Source: an uncultured Acidimicrobiia bacterium (GTDB lineage: Bacteria; Actinomycetota; Acidimicrobiia; Spongiisociales; JAENVV01). From it: a stretch of DNA of 64,000 nucleotides. Both the position numbers and the translations under genes were made by a program. Shown piece by piece: positions 31,764 through 41,867 of this stretch. Under the pieces are notes generated by a model. That model saw only the letters and a list, made by a program, of their open reading frames with translations. It did not search any database and was not told the origin of the DNA. The stretch covers positions 391,886-455,885 of the forward strand of contig CAVVWO010000002.1 in the NCBI GenBank assembly GCA_963752075.1, given 5' to 3'. How positions within the stretch are numbered: the stretch's first letter is position 1; each line of letters starts with the position of its first letter.

Positions 31764-33916
31764 TTGACACAAGTGAGACAATGGCGCGCTATGCAATCGC
31801 GCGAACGTTCGTTCCTCACTGAGGTTCTTCCCCCGGAGGAACGCGCCATCGAGCATGTCGTCGGCCGGTATTCACGAGTCGCACCGGCCGTGACCCGTTT
31901 CGCACGAACCCTGTGTGGCAACGACCAGCTTCGGGTCCGTCTCGGCGCGGATGCGTCATCGTCTCCGGACGAGGTGGTCATCAACCCCGGGGTGTTTCAG
32001 TCCGCATACGCACGCCGGGCGCCCGTGACCCCGAGTGAGGTGGCGCTGGCATCGGCGCTTCACGAGGTGGTGCATCTCGTGTCGACCAACCTCGACGAAC
32101 GCCGGCCGCTCCCCAAGGATTGGTTCTCGTCCGACGAGGAGATCGACGACACGCCCTTCGAACTTCTCGAAGCCGTCAGCCGGGCAGGCGGCAAGGCGGC
32201 CGAAGCGCTCTTCTTCGCTCTCGAAGACGCCCGACAGGAACGGCAGGGTCTGGCGGTGTACCCGGGCGCTCGCTCGGTGTTGACCGATCTCTACCAGGCC
32301 TCCTTGACCGAGGCCCTCGCCAACACCACCCCGCTTGGTCAGTATTCGGTCGACTGTTTCCTTCTCGTTGGAGGTCACGCGGACCGGGAGCAGCTCGAGG
32401 GGAAGTCCGACGCTCGGGTGGCGCTGGCCTTGGCGGACGCCACTCCATTCCTCGAAGCCGCCGGCGAAGCCACGGACCCGTGGGAGATCGCCGACTTGGC
32501 CCTCCAACTCCTTGCCGTGGCTCGCCTCCACCGCATCGTCACGCTCGGTTCCGAGGCCGAGGACACCGAAACGAAACGGCAGAAGGACGCTCGGGACGAG
32601 GCCGACGAGTCGGCCATCGCCGAAGGAGTCGATCGGGTCCGGCTGATGAGCCCGATCCTTCAGGATCGCCAGAGCTACGAGGAGACCTCCAACGCCGGCG
32701 GAGGCCAGGGCCGGGGAGGCTCTCCGCAAGGCTCCCTCGGAGGTGGCCGGCCAGGAGTCAACCGATCAGATACTCAAGGTCAGCCAGGCACCCACCATCT
32801 ACCTGCCCAACGGTCACGGAGGAAAGCTCGTCGTGACCGCCTTTCCAGATCGCGTTCCGCCAATTCTCGGCGGAAGGTCGCACCCGGATCGGTGAAGCCG
32901 CCCAGGAGTGGGGCGTCGCCCAACGACACATCTCGGGCGAGCTCTACCCACTCTTCGCAGCCAACCAGCGACGCGGCCTCCAATCCGGGTTCGACGCCGG
33001 CGACCTGTCGCCCGCACGCACCGCTACTCCTCGCCGGGCGGTCTCTACGAGCGGATGTACGAGCGACGGGCCCTGCGGACCCGTCGCTCCTACGCGGTCA
33101 GCGTGCTCATCGACGGGTCCGCATCGATGCTCCAACCGCAGGCCGTTCGACCTCACCAGCCGCCGCCGACCCTGGGGTCTGGCCGCCGCCACCCTGGGCG
33201 CATGGTCGCTGGCCCGCCTCTGCGACGAACTCCAGATCGAGTTCGAGGTCGCGCTTTTCAATCGTTCCTTCGCGGCGGCGGTCGACGACACCGAGTGGGG
33301 GTACACCCGCCGCCAATCCCAGGCCATCGCCGGACTGCAGACGAACCCAGGGCTCTGCCTCGGATCGTCTCTCCAGCACCGTCAACCACTACCTCGTCAA
33401 AGCGCTTCCAACAGCGGTGGCGGTCCACCGAGGACATCGATGGCCGGCCTGTTCTTCATGGCGTCCGACCCTCGCAAAGCCGGCGACATCGCCCGCCGGA
33501 ACCCGCAGGACGCACCTCCCCTGGCGATGTTCGCCAAAGGCTCCAACGTCGACGAGTTCAACGTGACCTATGCGGCCGAACGACTCAACCAGACGGGGGC
33601 GGCGGTCAAGGTTCTGGTCGTCCTGGCGGACGGGATGACTCGGGGCTCGGTCGCCGAGCTCGGAGACATCCGTGCACTGCGGTCGAGGCAACCGGGGTGA
33701 CGGTGCTCGGCATCGGCATCGGAGACCGTACCGTGGAATCCGCCTACAGACGCCATCAGATCGTCGAACGCCCTGCGGAACTGGCCAGCGCCATGGTGGA
33801 CGGGGTCCGCGGCGCTCTCCGCCGCAGCCTCACCCTGAGCGGGATTCGACGCCTGGTGGGGGCGCACCACCACGACCCACGATTCACTATGGAAAAAGGA
33901 GGCCGCCAGTGCCTGA
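31764..33916 (+). CDS. VWA-domain protein with an N-terminal HExxH (putative metallopeptidase-like, DUF2201_N-type) domain; partner of the downstream AAA+ gene; frame disruptions in the VWA half
   Basis: Clean N-terminal 330 aa: ...VVINPGVFQSAYARRAPVTPSEVALASALHEVVHLVSTNLDERRPLPKDWF...; an acidic and Gly-rich linker; then the VWA: RSYAVSVLIDGSASM (MIDAS DxSxS) ... KVLVVLADGMTRGSVAELGDIRALRSR...GVTVLGIGIGDRT. Confidence 0.6.
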
Positions 33917-34965
33917 CACGATCGCTCTTCGAGGACCCGACCGGGGAAGGTGCGCCGATCGAACTCACCGCCTTCGACATCCCCAAAGACCTACCGGACT
34001 ATGCGCACCGCGTCTGCCAAGATCCCCGAGCCCGACCCGCACTACGTGGATCTCGGCATGCTCTACAAGTTCGCCCAGATCGAGCAGGTCCGTCGCCAGG
34101 CCACCGACTCGTTCGTACCGCTGCACGTCGCCGTCCGGGGCCACATGGGCACCGGCAAGGACCACGACATCGAGCAGTTCGCTGCTCTGCTCCGACTCCC
34201 CTACTACCGGATTCCCCTCACCGGCGAGGTTCGCGACATCACCTTGATCGGGTCGACCAAGCTGCATGGCGACGGCAAGGGAGGCACCGAGTCCCGCTGG
34301 GAAGACGGTGACATCACCCGGGCGCTCCGCGGGCCGTCGCTCGTCAACCTCTCCGAACTGAACGCCGCCGGCGCCGAAACGCTGTTCGCCCTCCACGGTC
34401 TCTTGGATCGCTACCACGCCCTGGACCTCCCCAACGGCGAGAACGTCCCGCTCGCGACCCGATGTCCGCCTCTTCGGAACCATGAACCCCACCGACCTCC
34501 GCGACTACGCGGGAACCCAGACTCTCAACAAGGCTTTCGCCGACCGCTGGGTGATCTGGGAGAAGGCTTTCCCGGCGGTGGAGCAGCTGAATGCCATGCT
34601 CGAGATCCGATACCCGACAGCTGCGGGAGGACTTCCGCGACGCGATCGCCCGCCTCGCCACCGAGGTCAACGAGTCGTTCCAGGCGCAGGACGCCGGCGT
34701 CCGGGTCGAGACACCGATGAGTCTCCGCAGCACCCTCGACCGGCTCCCAACCGGTCTGTGGATGTACGCCGAAGCCGACGACAGCCTCCTGCGAGCCTGG
34801 GAGGAGTTCGTGCTTCCCCATATCGATGAATACGACCGGGATCACTACGAGACGGTCTGGAACGCCGTCGTCCGAAAAGGCCCGGAAGGGCAGACCGTTC
34901 GCGCTAGCGTCGGCTCAGGAGCCGCCCACGCCGGGACCGGAAACCCCGATTTGGCCACGACGTAG
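33909..34965 (+). CDS. AAA+ ATPase-like protein of the MoxR/CbbQ/NorQ (AAA_5) type with non-canonical Walker A and Walker B motifs (possible pseudo-ATPase); frameshifted
   Basis: An AAAGGAGG RBS precedes a GTG. ...FEDPTGEGAPIELTAFDIPKDLPDYAHRV / IPEPDPHYVDLGMLYKFAQIEQVRRQATDSFVPLHVAVRGHMGTGKDHDIEQFAALLRLPYYRIPLTGEVRDITLIGSTKLHGDG...SLVNLSELNAAGAETLFALHGLLDRYHALDLPNGENVP / DPDVRLFGTMNPTDLRDYAGTQTLNKAFADRWVIWEKAFPAVEQ... The layout follows CbbQ/NorQ (IPExEPxYxPLG...G.TG.GKT...YLDE...NPGYQ), but here Walker A is GTGKD and Walker B is LSE. Confidence 0.6.
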
Positions 34966-34989
34966 TAGGCACCCCAGGGCCCGACGCCG

Positions 34990-35470
34990 GGGAGGTCGCT
35001 CAGAGCGCGCCAGCCGAGCCTGCGTGGTCTGTGGCAGGCTCTCGAGCCACTTCCGAGCCGAACCGTGCTGTCGCCCCATCTCCGCCGAGCGCTCGGCGCA
35101 CGCGACGACGGACCGGATCTTTCTCTCATTGTGGATGACACCAGGCGTGGCGAGAATGCGCTGCACGTCGGCCTCCTGATAGGCAGCGACCTTGCGCACC
35201 GAGAACCGCTCGAAGGCCTCTCTGGTCGCCGGCCAGGAACGCTCGACGACCGCCCAGGCGAGGCCGGCTCCGAAGATCGGCTTGGCAACGCAGTTCGAGC
35301 ATTCCGTCGGCGGTGCGGGGCGGGTTCGGGGTCAAATCTGCTGGCATGGCTCTCCTTGTTCGGTTACTCCGAAGGTATGACCCAGCCTGTGACGAAAGCT
35401 GCGCCGGGTGCCACCACGCAGTTCCCGGGACTACCGTGTCGCCCACACCTCGAAGAGGAATGCCGATGCG
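34990..35470 (-). CDS. tag: DNA-3-methyladenine glycosylase I (Tag)-like; frameshifted; termini uncertain
   Basis: ...SSSRCG....FGAGLAWAVVERSWPATREAFERFSVRKVAAYQEADVQRILATPGVIHNERKIRSVVACAERSAEMGRQHGSARKWLESLP... This matches the Tag core (RCGW..., GLSW, D(V/I)ExLLxxxGIIRxRxKIxAxIxNA). Confidence 0.4.
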
Positions 35471-36371
35471 TAGCTATGACATGGGAAACCCGGAACTGGA
35501 CGCGGCCATCGCCGAGCTGGTCGAGCGCGCCTCGGACGAACGGCAACTCGGATCTGATCGCCGAGATCATCACCACGGCGCTGAAGCTCCACCGCGACTG
35601 CCCCCGACCGAGGGGAACTCAAACTGGTCAACACCGCCCTCAAGGAAATGCGCTATTCGATGCTGGTGTTCAGCCGTCATCGCGTCACGGCCCAAGGTGA
35701 CGATGTACGGTTCGGCTCGGACGCCGGAGGACGACCCGGAGTACCTCCTCGCCATGGAGTTCGCTCGCATCATGGCCGAGGAGCGCGACTGGGACGTTCT
35801 GACCGGCGCCGGCCCCGGCGTGATGGAAGCCGGCAACAAGGGCGCCGGCCTCGACGCGTCGTTCGGAGTCAACATCCGACTCCCGTTCGAAGGTGATGCC
35901 AATGCGCACATCTCGCCCGACAAGTTGATCAACTTCAAGTACTTCTTCACCCGCAAGCTCGGGTTTGTGAAGGAGTCGCAGTGCATTCGCTCTGTTCCCT
36001 GGCGGTTTCGGGACCATGGACGAGGCATTCGAACTCCTCACTCTCATCCAAACCGGGAAATCCGATATGCATCCGATCGTGATGATCCAACCGGAGGGCT
36101 CCGACTATTGGGACGCGTGGGATCACTTCGTCATCGAACAACTCGTCGGGCGAGGGATGATCTCGCCAGAGGATCGCGGTCTGTACTTCGATCACGTCGG
36201 ATCCTCACGAGGCGGCCGACCAGATCTGCAGCTTCTACGCCAACTACCAGTCCCAGCGCTACGTGGACGGGAAGTTGGTCCTCCGTCTCAACCAGGCGCC
36301 CGACGCCGGAGCAGGTCGCTGCTCTGAACGAGGAGTTCTCCGATATCGTCGCCAAGGCGACATCGCAGTGA
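35466..36371 (+). CDS. LOG-family protein (TIGR00730 Rossmann fold; long actinobacterial form with an N-terminal extension); frame disruptions
   Basis: MRSYDMGNPELDAAIAELVERASDE...VTMYGSARTPEDDPEYLLAMEFARIMAEERDWDVLTGAGPGVMEAGNKGAG...ALFPGGFGTMDEAFELLTLIQTGKSDMHPIVMI...PEQVAALNEEFSDIVAKATSQ. The motifs are PGGxGTxDE and GxGxxEA. Confidence 0.65.
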   Translation: MRSYDMGNPELDAAIAELVERASDERQLGSDRRDHHHGAEAPPRLPPTEGNSNWSTPPSRKCAIRCWCSAVIASRPKVTMYGSARTPEDDPEYLLAMEFARIMAEERDWDVLTGAGPGVMEAGNKGAGLDASFGVNIRLPFEGDANAHISPDKLINFKYFFTRKLGFVKESQCIRSVPWRFRDHGRGIRTPHSHPNREIRYASDRDDPTGGLRLLGRVGSLRHRTTRRARDDLARGSRSVLRSRRILTRRPTRSAASTPTTSPSATWTGSWSSVSTRRPTPEQVAALNEEFSDIVAKATSQ

Positions 36372-36571
36372 TGGACGCCACCGATCCCGAGGTGCGAGAC
36401 AACGACTCGGTCGAGTCCGCCAGGATCGGCTTCGTGTTCGACCGACGCCATTTCGGTCGGCTTCGACTTCTCATCGACCGTCTCAACGGTTGGGTGGAGA
36501 CGCCGCCACCGCTCGTCCCGGAGCGGCCTTCACGGACGAGCAGCAGGAAAGACCCTGGTAGAGCGGCCTGA
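36369..36571 (+). CDS. possible small ORF of 66 aa (or an unrecognised 3' extension of the LOG gene)
   Basis: MDATDPEVRDNDSVESARIGFVFDRRHFGRLRLLIDRLNGWVETPPPLVPERPS...; there is no recognisable family. Confidence 0.2.
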
Positions 36572-36624
36572 GAAGAGTCGGCCTCCAATGGTGGCCGATT
36601 CAACCAACGGCTAGCATTCTTCTC

Positions 36625-37366
36625 GTGCGTGAAATACTCTCCGACCTCGTAGCCGAAGAGCAATCTCTCGATCAGTTCCTGCAGAGGATCAATCCTCGCG
36701 ACTGGAAACGGACGAAGGTCTGGCACGGCTGGACCGTCCAAGAGGTGGTCAGCCACCTCGCCTCATCCGAGGAGTACGCCTTCGACGCACTGAGCGCCGG
36801 GGGCGGACCGGCTGGAAGAACTCGCCGAGTTCGGCTCGATGGATGATCTGAACATCGCCGGTATCAAACCAGGCGACGAGATGCGACCCCAGGACGTCAT
36901 CGAGTGGTGGCGCGGAGCCCGAGCCAAGGTCGTCGAGGAGCTGTCACGCATCGACGCCAACGACCGGGTGCCGTGGTTCCACGGAGATATGTCGGCCCGG
37001 AGCTTCGCCACGGCTCGTTTGATGGAGAGTTGGGCCCACGGCCTCGACTTCTACGAAGCCGTGGACGCCGAAGTGGAGGACACGCCCCGCATTCGGCATA
37101 TCGCCTGGTTGGCTTGGAGGTCGTTGCCCCATGTGTTCCGCGAAGCCGGCGAGGACTATCCATCCGAGGTACGGGTCGAGTTGATGGCGCCCGGGTTACG
37201 CCAAATGGGTGTTCGGACCGGAGGACTCCGACAACGTGATCAAAGGTCAGGCCGGCGAGTGGTGCCGGGTGGCGGTCGGCAGACTCAACCTCGAGGATGC
37301 CGGAACCCTCAAGGCCCAGGGTCCACTGGCCGAACGGGCCCTCGAACTCGTCCGCGCTCACCTCTG
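36625..37366 (+). CDS. DinB_2 / TIGR03083-like (maleylpyruvate isomerase N-terminal-domain-like, mycothiol-dependent enzyme family) protein; frameshifted
   Basis: MREILSDLVAEEQSLDQFLQRINPRDWKRTKVWHGWTVQEVVSHLASSEEYAFDAL...DDLNIAGIKPGDEMRPQDVIEWWRGARAKVVEELSRIDANDRVPWFHGDMSARSFATARLMESWAHGLDFYEAV...GYAKWVFGPEDSDNVIKGQAGEWCRVAVGRLNLEDAGTLKAQGPLAERALELVRAHL. Confidence 0.45.
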
Positions 37367-37442
37367 ATCGAGTTCCGCCCGCGCCGGGCCGCCGGACACC
37401 GCCTGGCGAGACGGCCACCGTTCGACGTTCTAGGCTGCCGGC

Positions 37443-37940
37443 ATGGATCCTGCAATCAGCGGCAGTCCCCGAAGACCTCGCCGATGTGATCGAACGGTTC
37501 GATCACGTCTCGATGGCGGTGGACAGCATCGAAGGCGTGTTGCCACTCGTCGACTCGTCGGCGGCACGTTCTACCAGGGCGCCGACCACCCCCGCAACGA
37601 GTTCCGATGGGTGCAGTTCTGGGTTCCCGGTGGAGGCAAGCTCGAGTTCATCGCCCCGCTCACCGAGACCAGTTTCCTTCGCCGCGACCTCGACCGGCGA
37701 GGCGAGGGATTCCACCATGTCACCTTCAAGGTGCGCAGCATCGAGCACGCCACCGCTCGGGCCGTGACCTCGGTTACCGGATCACCGGACTCCATCGCCA
37801 CGAGATCTGGTCGGAGGCGTTTCTCCATCCGAAGACCACCCACGGGATGCTCATCCAACTCGCCGAGTGGACCGATCCCGTTTCCGCTCGACGGCACGCT
37901 CGAGGACGTCTTGGCCGGCCGGGTGATCGACCCCACCTGA
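37443..37940 (+). CDS. VOC (glyoxalase/bleomycin-resistance/dioxygenase) family protein; frameshifted
   Basis: ...PEDLADVIERFDHVSMAVDSIEGVLPLVD...GGTFYQGADHPRNEFRWVQFWVPGGGKLEFIAPLTETSFLRRDLDRRGEGFHHVTFKVRSIEHATARA.DLGYRITGL...GMLIQLAEW. Confidence 0.5.
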   Translation: MDPAISGSPRRPRRCDRTVRSRLDGGGQHRRRVATRRLVGGTFYQGADHPRNEFRWVQFWVPGGGKLEFIAPLTETSFLRRDLDRRGEGFHHVTFKVRSIEHATARAVTSVTGSPDSIATRSGRRRFSIRRPPTGCSSNSPSGPIPFPLDGTLEDVLAGRVIDPT

Positions 37941-37974
37941 GCTGGTTCGACGAAGCGGATTTCATCCGGCGACT

Positions 37975-38600
37975 CGGGCTGCCTCGGGCGGTTCGCGCGC
38001 CGGGCGGTAGAACTCCTCAAACGCCTCGATGATCTCGCCGAGGATCTCCGGGCCCCCGTTTGCAGGTACTCCATCGCTCGCAGGGCTCCTTCGTGGGCGT
38101 CGAGGCTGGACCCGCGACGGCGTCTTCTACCACACGGCAGAAGTAGTCGTGTTGATGCCCGTCGACGAAGGTGTAGTGGACGCACACGTCGGTGTGCCCG
38201 CCGATCAGGATCAGCGTGTCGGCTCGCAACCCCTTGAGGAGGATCTCGAACTCGGTGCCGAAGAAACACGAATAGCGACGCTTCCGAATGAAGTAGTCGT
38301 CCTCCTTCATGCCGAGCGCCGCGGATACCTCCGTACCCGGGTCACCTTCGAGAAGATGTACGGATTCGGCTCCGTCCAGTTCCCGACCGAAGTCGACCAG
38401 GTCGCGCCGATGTGCCTCCTGGAAGAACACGACCGGCACGCTCGCAGCGCCGCGCCGCCTCGATCAAGACCGGAGCACGGTCCATGCGCTCGCCTGGTAG
38501 CCGCTCATGAAGGGCAGGGCGGATGGCTCGGACTCAGCGGGCGCCCCTCCCTGAATGTCGATCACGACGAGAACCGGCCTGCCCTCGATGATGTGGCGTT
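37975..38600 (-). CDS. isochorismatase-family cysteine hydrolase; frame disruptions
   Basis: ...HKAERHIIEGRPVLVVIDIQGG...VPVVFFQEAHRRDLVDFGRELDGAESVHLLEGDPGTEV...ADTLILIGGHTDVCVHYTFVDGHQHDYFCRVVEDAVAGSS.DAHEGALRAMEYLQTGA. Confidence 0.55.
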
Positions 38601-38770
38601 CTGCCTTGTGTCGGACATGGAGTCCTCCCGTCGATCGCGAGACCGGCCTCCTCGAGATCGACGGAGGCGGACGCGGCCACCGAACAGGCTACAAGGCGCC
38701 GAACGAGAGAAAGCTCGAAGGCGCGACGAGACCGCAGTCGGCCCGGACGTCGCAGGTACCCTTCGGACTG

Positions 38771-40195
38771 GTGGAGCAACTCAATGGCGTAGATGCCGGT
38801 TTCTTGAACATGGAGACCCCAATCCAACAGGGCCACGTCGGCGGCGTCGTCGTCGTGGATCCGTCGACCGCTCCGGAAGGGTGGGGCATCGACACGATTC
38901 GGCAACTGATCGAGGAGCGCCTCCATCTTCTTCGCGGTGTTTCGGCGACGGCTGTTGACGGTGCCGTTGGAGGTCGACAACCCCTACTGGATCGAGGACC
39001 CCAACTTCAATCTCGGGTTTCACCTTCGACATATCGCGGTGCCCCCGCCGGGCGGCGACAGCAGAACTGGCCGACCTCGTGGCCCGTATCCACGAACGAC
39101 CACTCGATCGGTCTCGGCCGTTGTGGGAGATGTACCTCATCGAGGGTCTGGCCGGCGGTCGTGCCGCCACCTATACGAAGCTCCACCACGCGGCGATCGA
39201 CGGTATGTCCGGCGCCGAGATCCTCACGGTCCTCCTGGACCCCGATCCGAACGGCCGGGACGTCCCACCGCGGAGGACGAATGGACAGGGCGACCGGATC
39301 CCGAGTCCGCTGGAGATGCTCGCCCGGAGCGCCGTTGAGCACGGCACTCAGCCCGGCGCGGGCGGCGCGGGTGGGATACGAGTTCGCGCGGTCGATCCCC
39401 GGCCTCAAACCTCTGCAAGCGCTCCCGGCGCTCGTCGGTTTGGGCTCCGACCGCGAGGAACTCCTCACCCGTCCGTCGCTCGTGGCGCCACGCTCGATCC
39501 TCAACGAACCCATCACCGCCCACCGCCGATGGGCGTTCGGTGCGATTCCGCTGGCGACGGTGAAGGCAGTCAAGGATGCCGCCGGCGTGACGGTCAACGA
39601 CGTCGTGATCGCGATCTCGGCAGGTGCGGTTCGTCGCTGGATGTTGGAACAGACCGGCTCCCGACACGTTCTCTCCAGGCGATGATCCCCATCTCGATCC
39701 GCACCCAGGAGGAGGGTGACGTTCTCGGCAACAAGGTGTCGGCGATGATCGCTCCCATCGGGACGCAGATCGCCGATCCTCTCGAACGGCTCGAATTCGT
39801 CCACAAGACGATGCTCGTGGCCAAAGAGAGCGCATCAGGCCACTCCGGCGACCCTGCTCCAGGATTTCGCCCAATTCGCTCCCCCGGCCATCGCCGCACG
39901 AGCCGCCCGGCTCATCTTCCGCAACGGCAGGGCGGGGCGGGTGACCCCGTTCAACCTGGTCATCTCGAATATCCCCGGACCCCATTTCCCGCTCTACCTG
40001 GCCGGGGCACAACTGGAGGGGCACTATCCCGTCTCGACCATCGTCGACGGCGCGGCTCTGAACATCACCCTCCACAGCTATATGGGGCAGCTCTGCTTCG
40101 GCCTGATCGGCGACCTCGAGCTGGTACCTGACGTCTGGAACATCCTCGATCTGATCCGATCCGAGCTCGACGAACTCGAGGAACTCCTGACGTGA
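38771..40195 (+). CDS. wax ester synthase / diacylglycerol O-acyltransferase (WS/DGAT) family; several frame disruptions
   Basis: GTG start; ...EQLNGVDAGFLNMETP...VFRRRLLTVPLEVDNPYWIEDPNFNLGFHLRHIAVPPPGGD...RPLDRSRPLWEMYLIEGLAGGRAATYTKLHHAAIDGMSGAEIL (HHxxxDG active site) ... VTPFNLVISNIPGPHFPLYLAGAQLEGHYPVSTIVDGAALNITLHSYMGQLCFGLIGD. Confidence 0.75.
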
Positions 40196-40941
40196 AACGA
40201 CCGCCCGTGGCCAGAGCCTTGATCGAACCCATGCGAGCGTCCGGTGAGTTCGCCACTTCGGTCGGGTTACTGCCGCTCAGGTCGCGGCTCCCTCACGGCG
40301 ACGGCCACAGCGTGATCGTCTTCCCCGGATTCATGGCGACCGATCGGTCAACGAGCCCCCTCCGGCGGCTCCTCGCCTGGCTCGACTACGACGTCCACGG
40401 GTGGGGGCTGGGCCGCAATGTCGGTCCCACCAAGAAGGTCGCCGACGAGATGCCCAACCTGCTCGATCGGGTGGCTCAACGATCCGGAGCCTCCGTCTCA
40501 CTGGTGGGATGGAGTCTGGGAGGCGTCTACGTACGCCATCTCTCGGCGCGCGCTCCCGACCTGGTGCGGCCGACCGTCACCCTCGGCACCCCGTGCGCGG
40601 GGAGGCGAAGACGTCCAGCAACGCATCGGCGTTGTTCGACCTGCTGGGAGCGGTTCACGTTCCCGGGACATCCCATGCTCGACGAGGGTATACCGCTCGA
40701 CGTGCCGGTCACCGCCGTCCACACCCGGAGCGATGGCATCGTCCACTGGCAGAGCTGCCTCGTGCAAGACGCCGACAACGCCGAGAATCTGCGGGTAGCC
40801 GGCAGCCACACCGGGCTCGGGTTCAACCCAGCCGTGGCGTACGTGGTCGCCGATCGTCTCGCCCAAGGCGCCGGAGATTGGCAGCCGTTCCTTCCACCGC
40901 CTGCCTACCGTCGGATCATCACCCGTGTGCCGGGTGGATGA
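40192..40941 (+). CDS. alpha/beta-fold hydrolase (lipase/esterase-like) whose ATGA start overlaps the WS/DGAT stop
   Basis: ...HSVIVFPGFMATDRSTSPLRRLLAWLDYDVHGWGLGRN...ASVSLVGWSLGGVYVRHLSA (GxSxG nucleophile elbow) ... VTAVHTRSDGIVHW. Confidence 0.6.
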   Translation: MKRPPVARALIEPMRASGEFATSVGLLPLRSRLPHGDGHSVIVFPGFMATDRSTSPLRRLLAWLDYDVHGWGLGRNVGPTKKVADEMPNLLDRVAQRSGASVSLVGWSLGGVYVRHLSARAPDLVRPTVTLGTPCAGRRRRPATHRRCSTCWERFTFPGHPMLDEGIPLDVPVTAVHTRSDGIVHWQSCLVQDADNAENLRVAGSHTGLGFNPAVAYVVADRLAQGAGDWQPFLPPPAYRRIITRVPGG

Positions 40942-41049
40942 GTCCATGCCCGGGGGTTGCCAAAGGCCTGCCCTTCCGGCGCGGTGACCCGCGGCCGCCG
41001 CTGGCAGGACGGCCACCGTGACGGCTCCGATCCGGCAACCGACCTCATG

Positions 41050-41711
41050 GGGCGCTGCGCACCCGCTGGTCCGCCGGGCTACGTGGCATCGGGTCTCTCG
41101 ATACTTCGAAGCCCGTCTTGGCAAGGAGCCTGAGCAGAGCCAGTGGCCGGCTGCTTGAACTGGGCCGGGTCGAAGCACCGAGTCGAACTCGTTCATGAAG
41201 GAGATCATCGTTTCGATGATGTGCGAGAGGCTGATGGTGTTGATGTTCGACTGCGGAGCGCGTCCGAACGCCACCAGCCGGGTCCGGACCTGACCTCCGC
41301 TCCGGGCCTTCGAATGCGCGACTCCGTGCTCCTGAAGACGGTCGATCACACTCGTCGAGCCCGTCCGCGTAGATCCACGCCATGCGCTGAAGCACCGAGT
41401 GGAGCACTTCGTGGCGGGTCAGCGAGTCGTTGAACACGGCCTCGCCCTGTTTGACTTCGCCGATGATCAGGTCGATGGTGTCAGCTTCCAACCGGAGTTC
41501 GTCGTCTTGGATCAGCAGCAACCGAGCAGTCTTCGTCGGTGTGGGCATCGGCAGCGTAGATGTCGCCCGGGAACCGGAGCGCCACCATGTCGACGTCGGT
41601 GAGTGTCTCATAGATCCCGTTCCTGTTCTTCTTCTGGATCTCGAACTCCGACAGGGTCAGGTACCCGTTCAGGCGGAGATACGACTCGACGAGGTTGACG
41701 GCAACATCCAT
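41050..41711 (-). CDS. hypothetical protein with a PD-(D/E)xK restriction-endonuclease-like core; frameshifted; 3' end uncertain
   Basis: MDVAVNLVESYLRLNGYLTLSEFEIQKKNRNGIYETLTDVDMVALRFPGD...LLLIQDDELRLEADTIDLIIGEVKQGEAVFNDSLTRHEVLHSVLQRMAWIYADG... The pattern E...D(VD)...E-V-K matches the PD-(D/E)xK signature (compare the NucS/Hjc-like core). Confidence 0.35.
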
Positions 41712-41867
41712 CGACCCATTCTGGTGCCTCAGCCGCGCCACGGTGCGGATATCCGCACACCCGGCCGACGGAACGCGGCGTGGCCTCGCAAACACTCTAC
41801 GTGTAATTAGTCCGATCGCCCCATGGACCCATGGTCACTCAGCCGACCAAGATGAGGGCCTGAGGAG

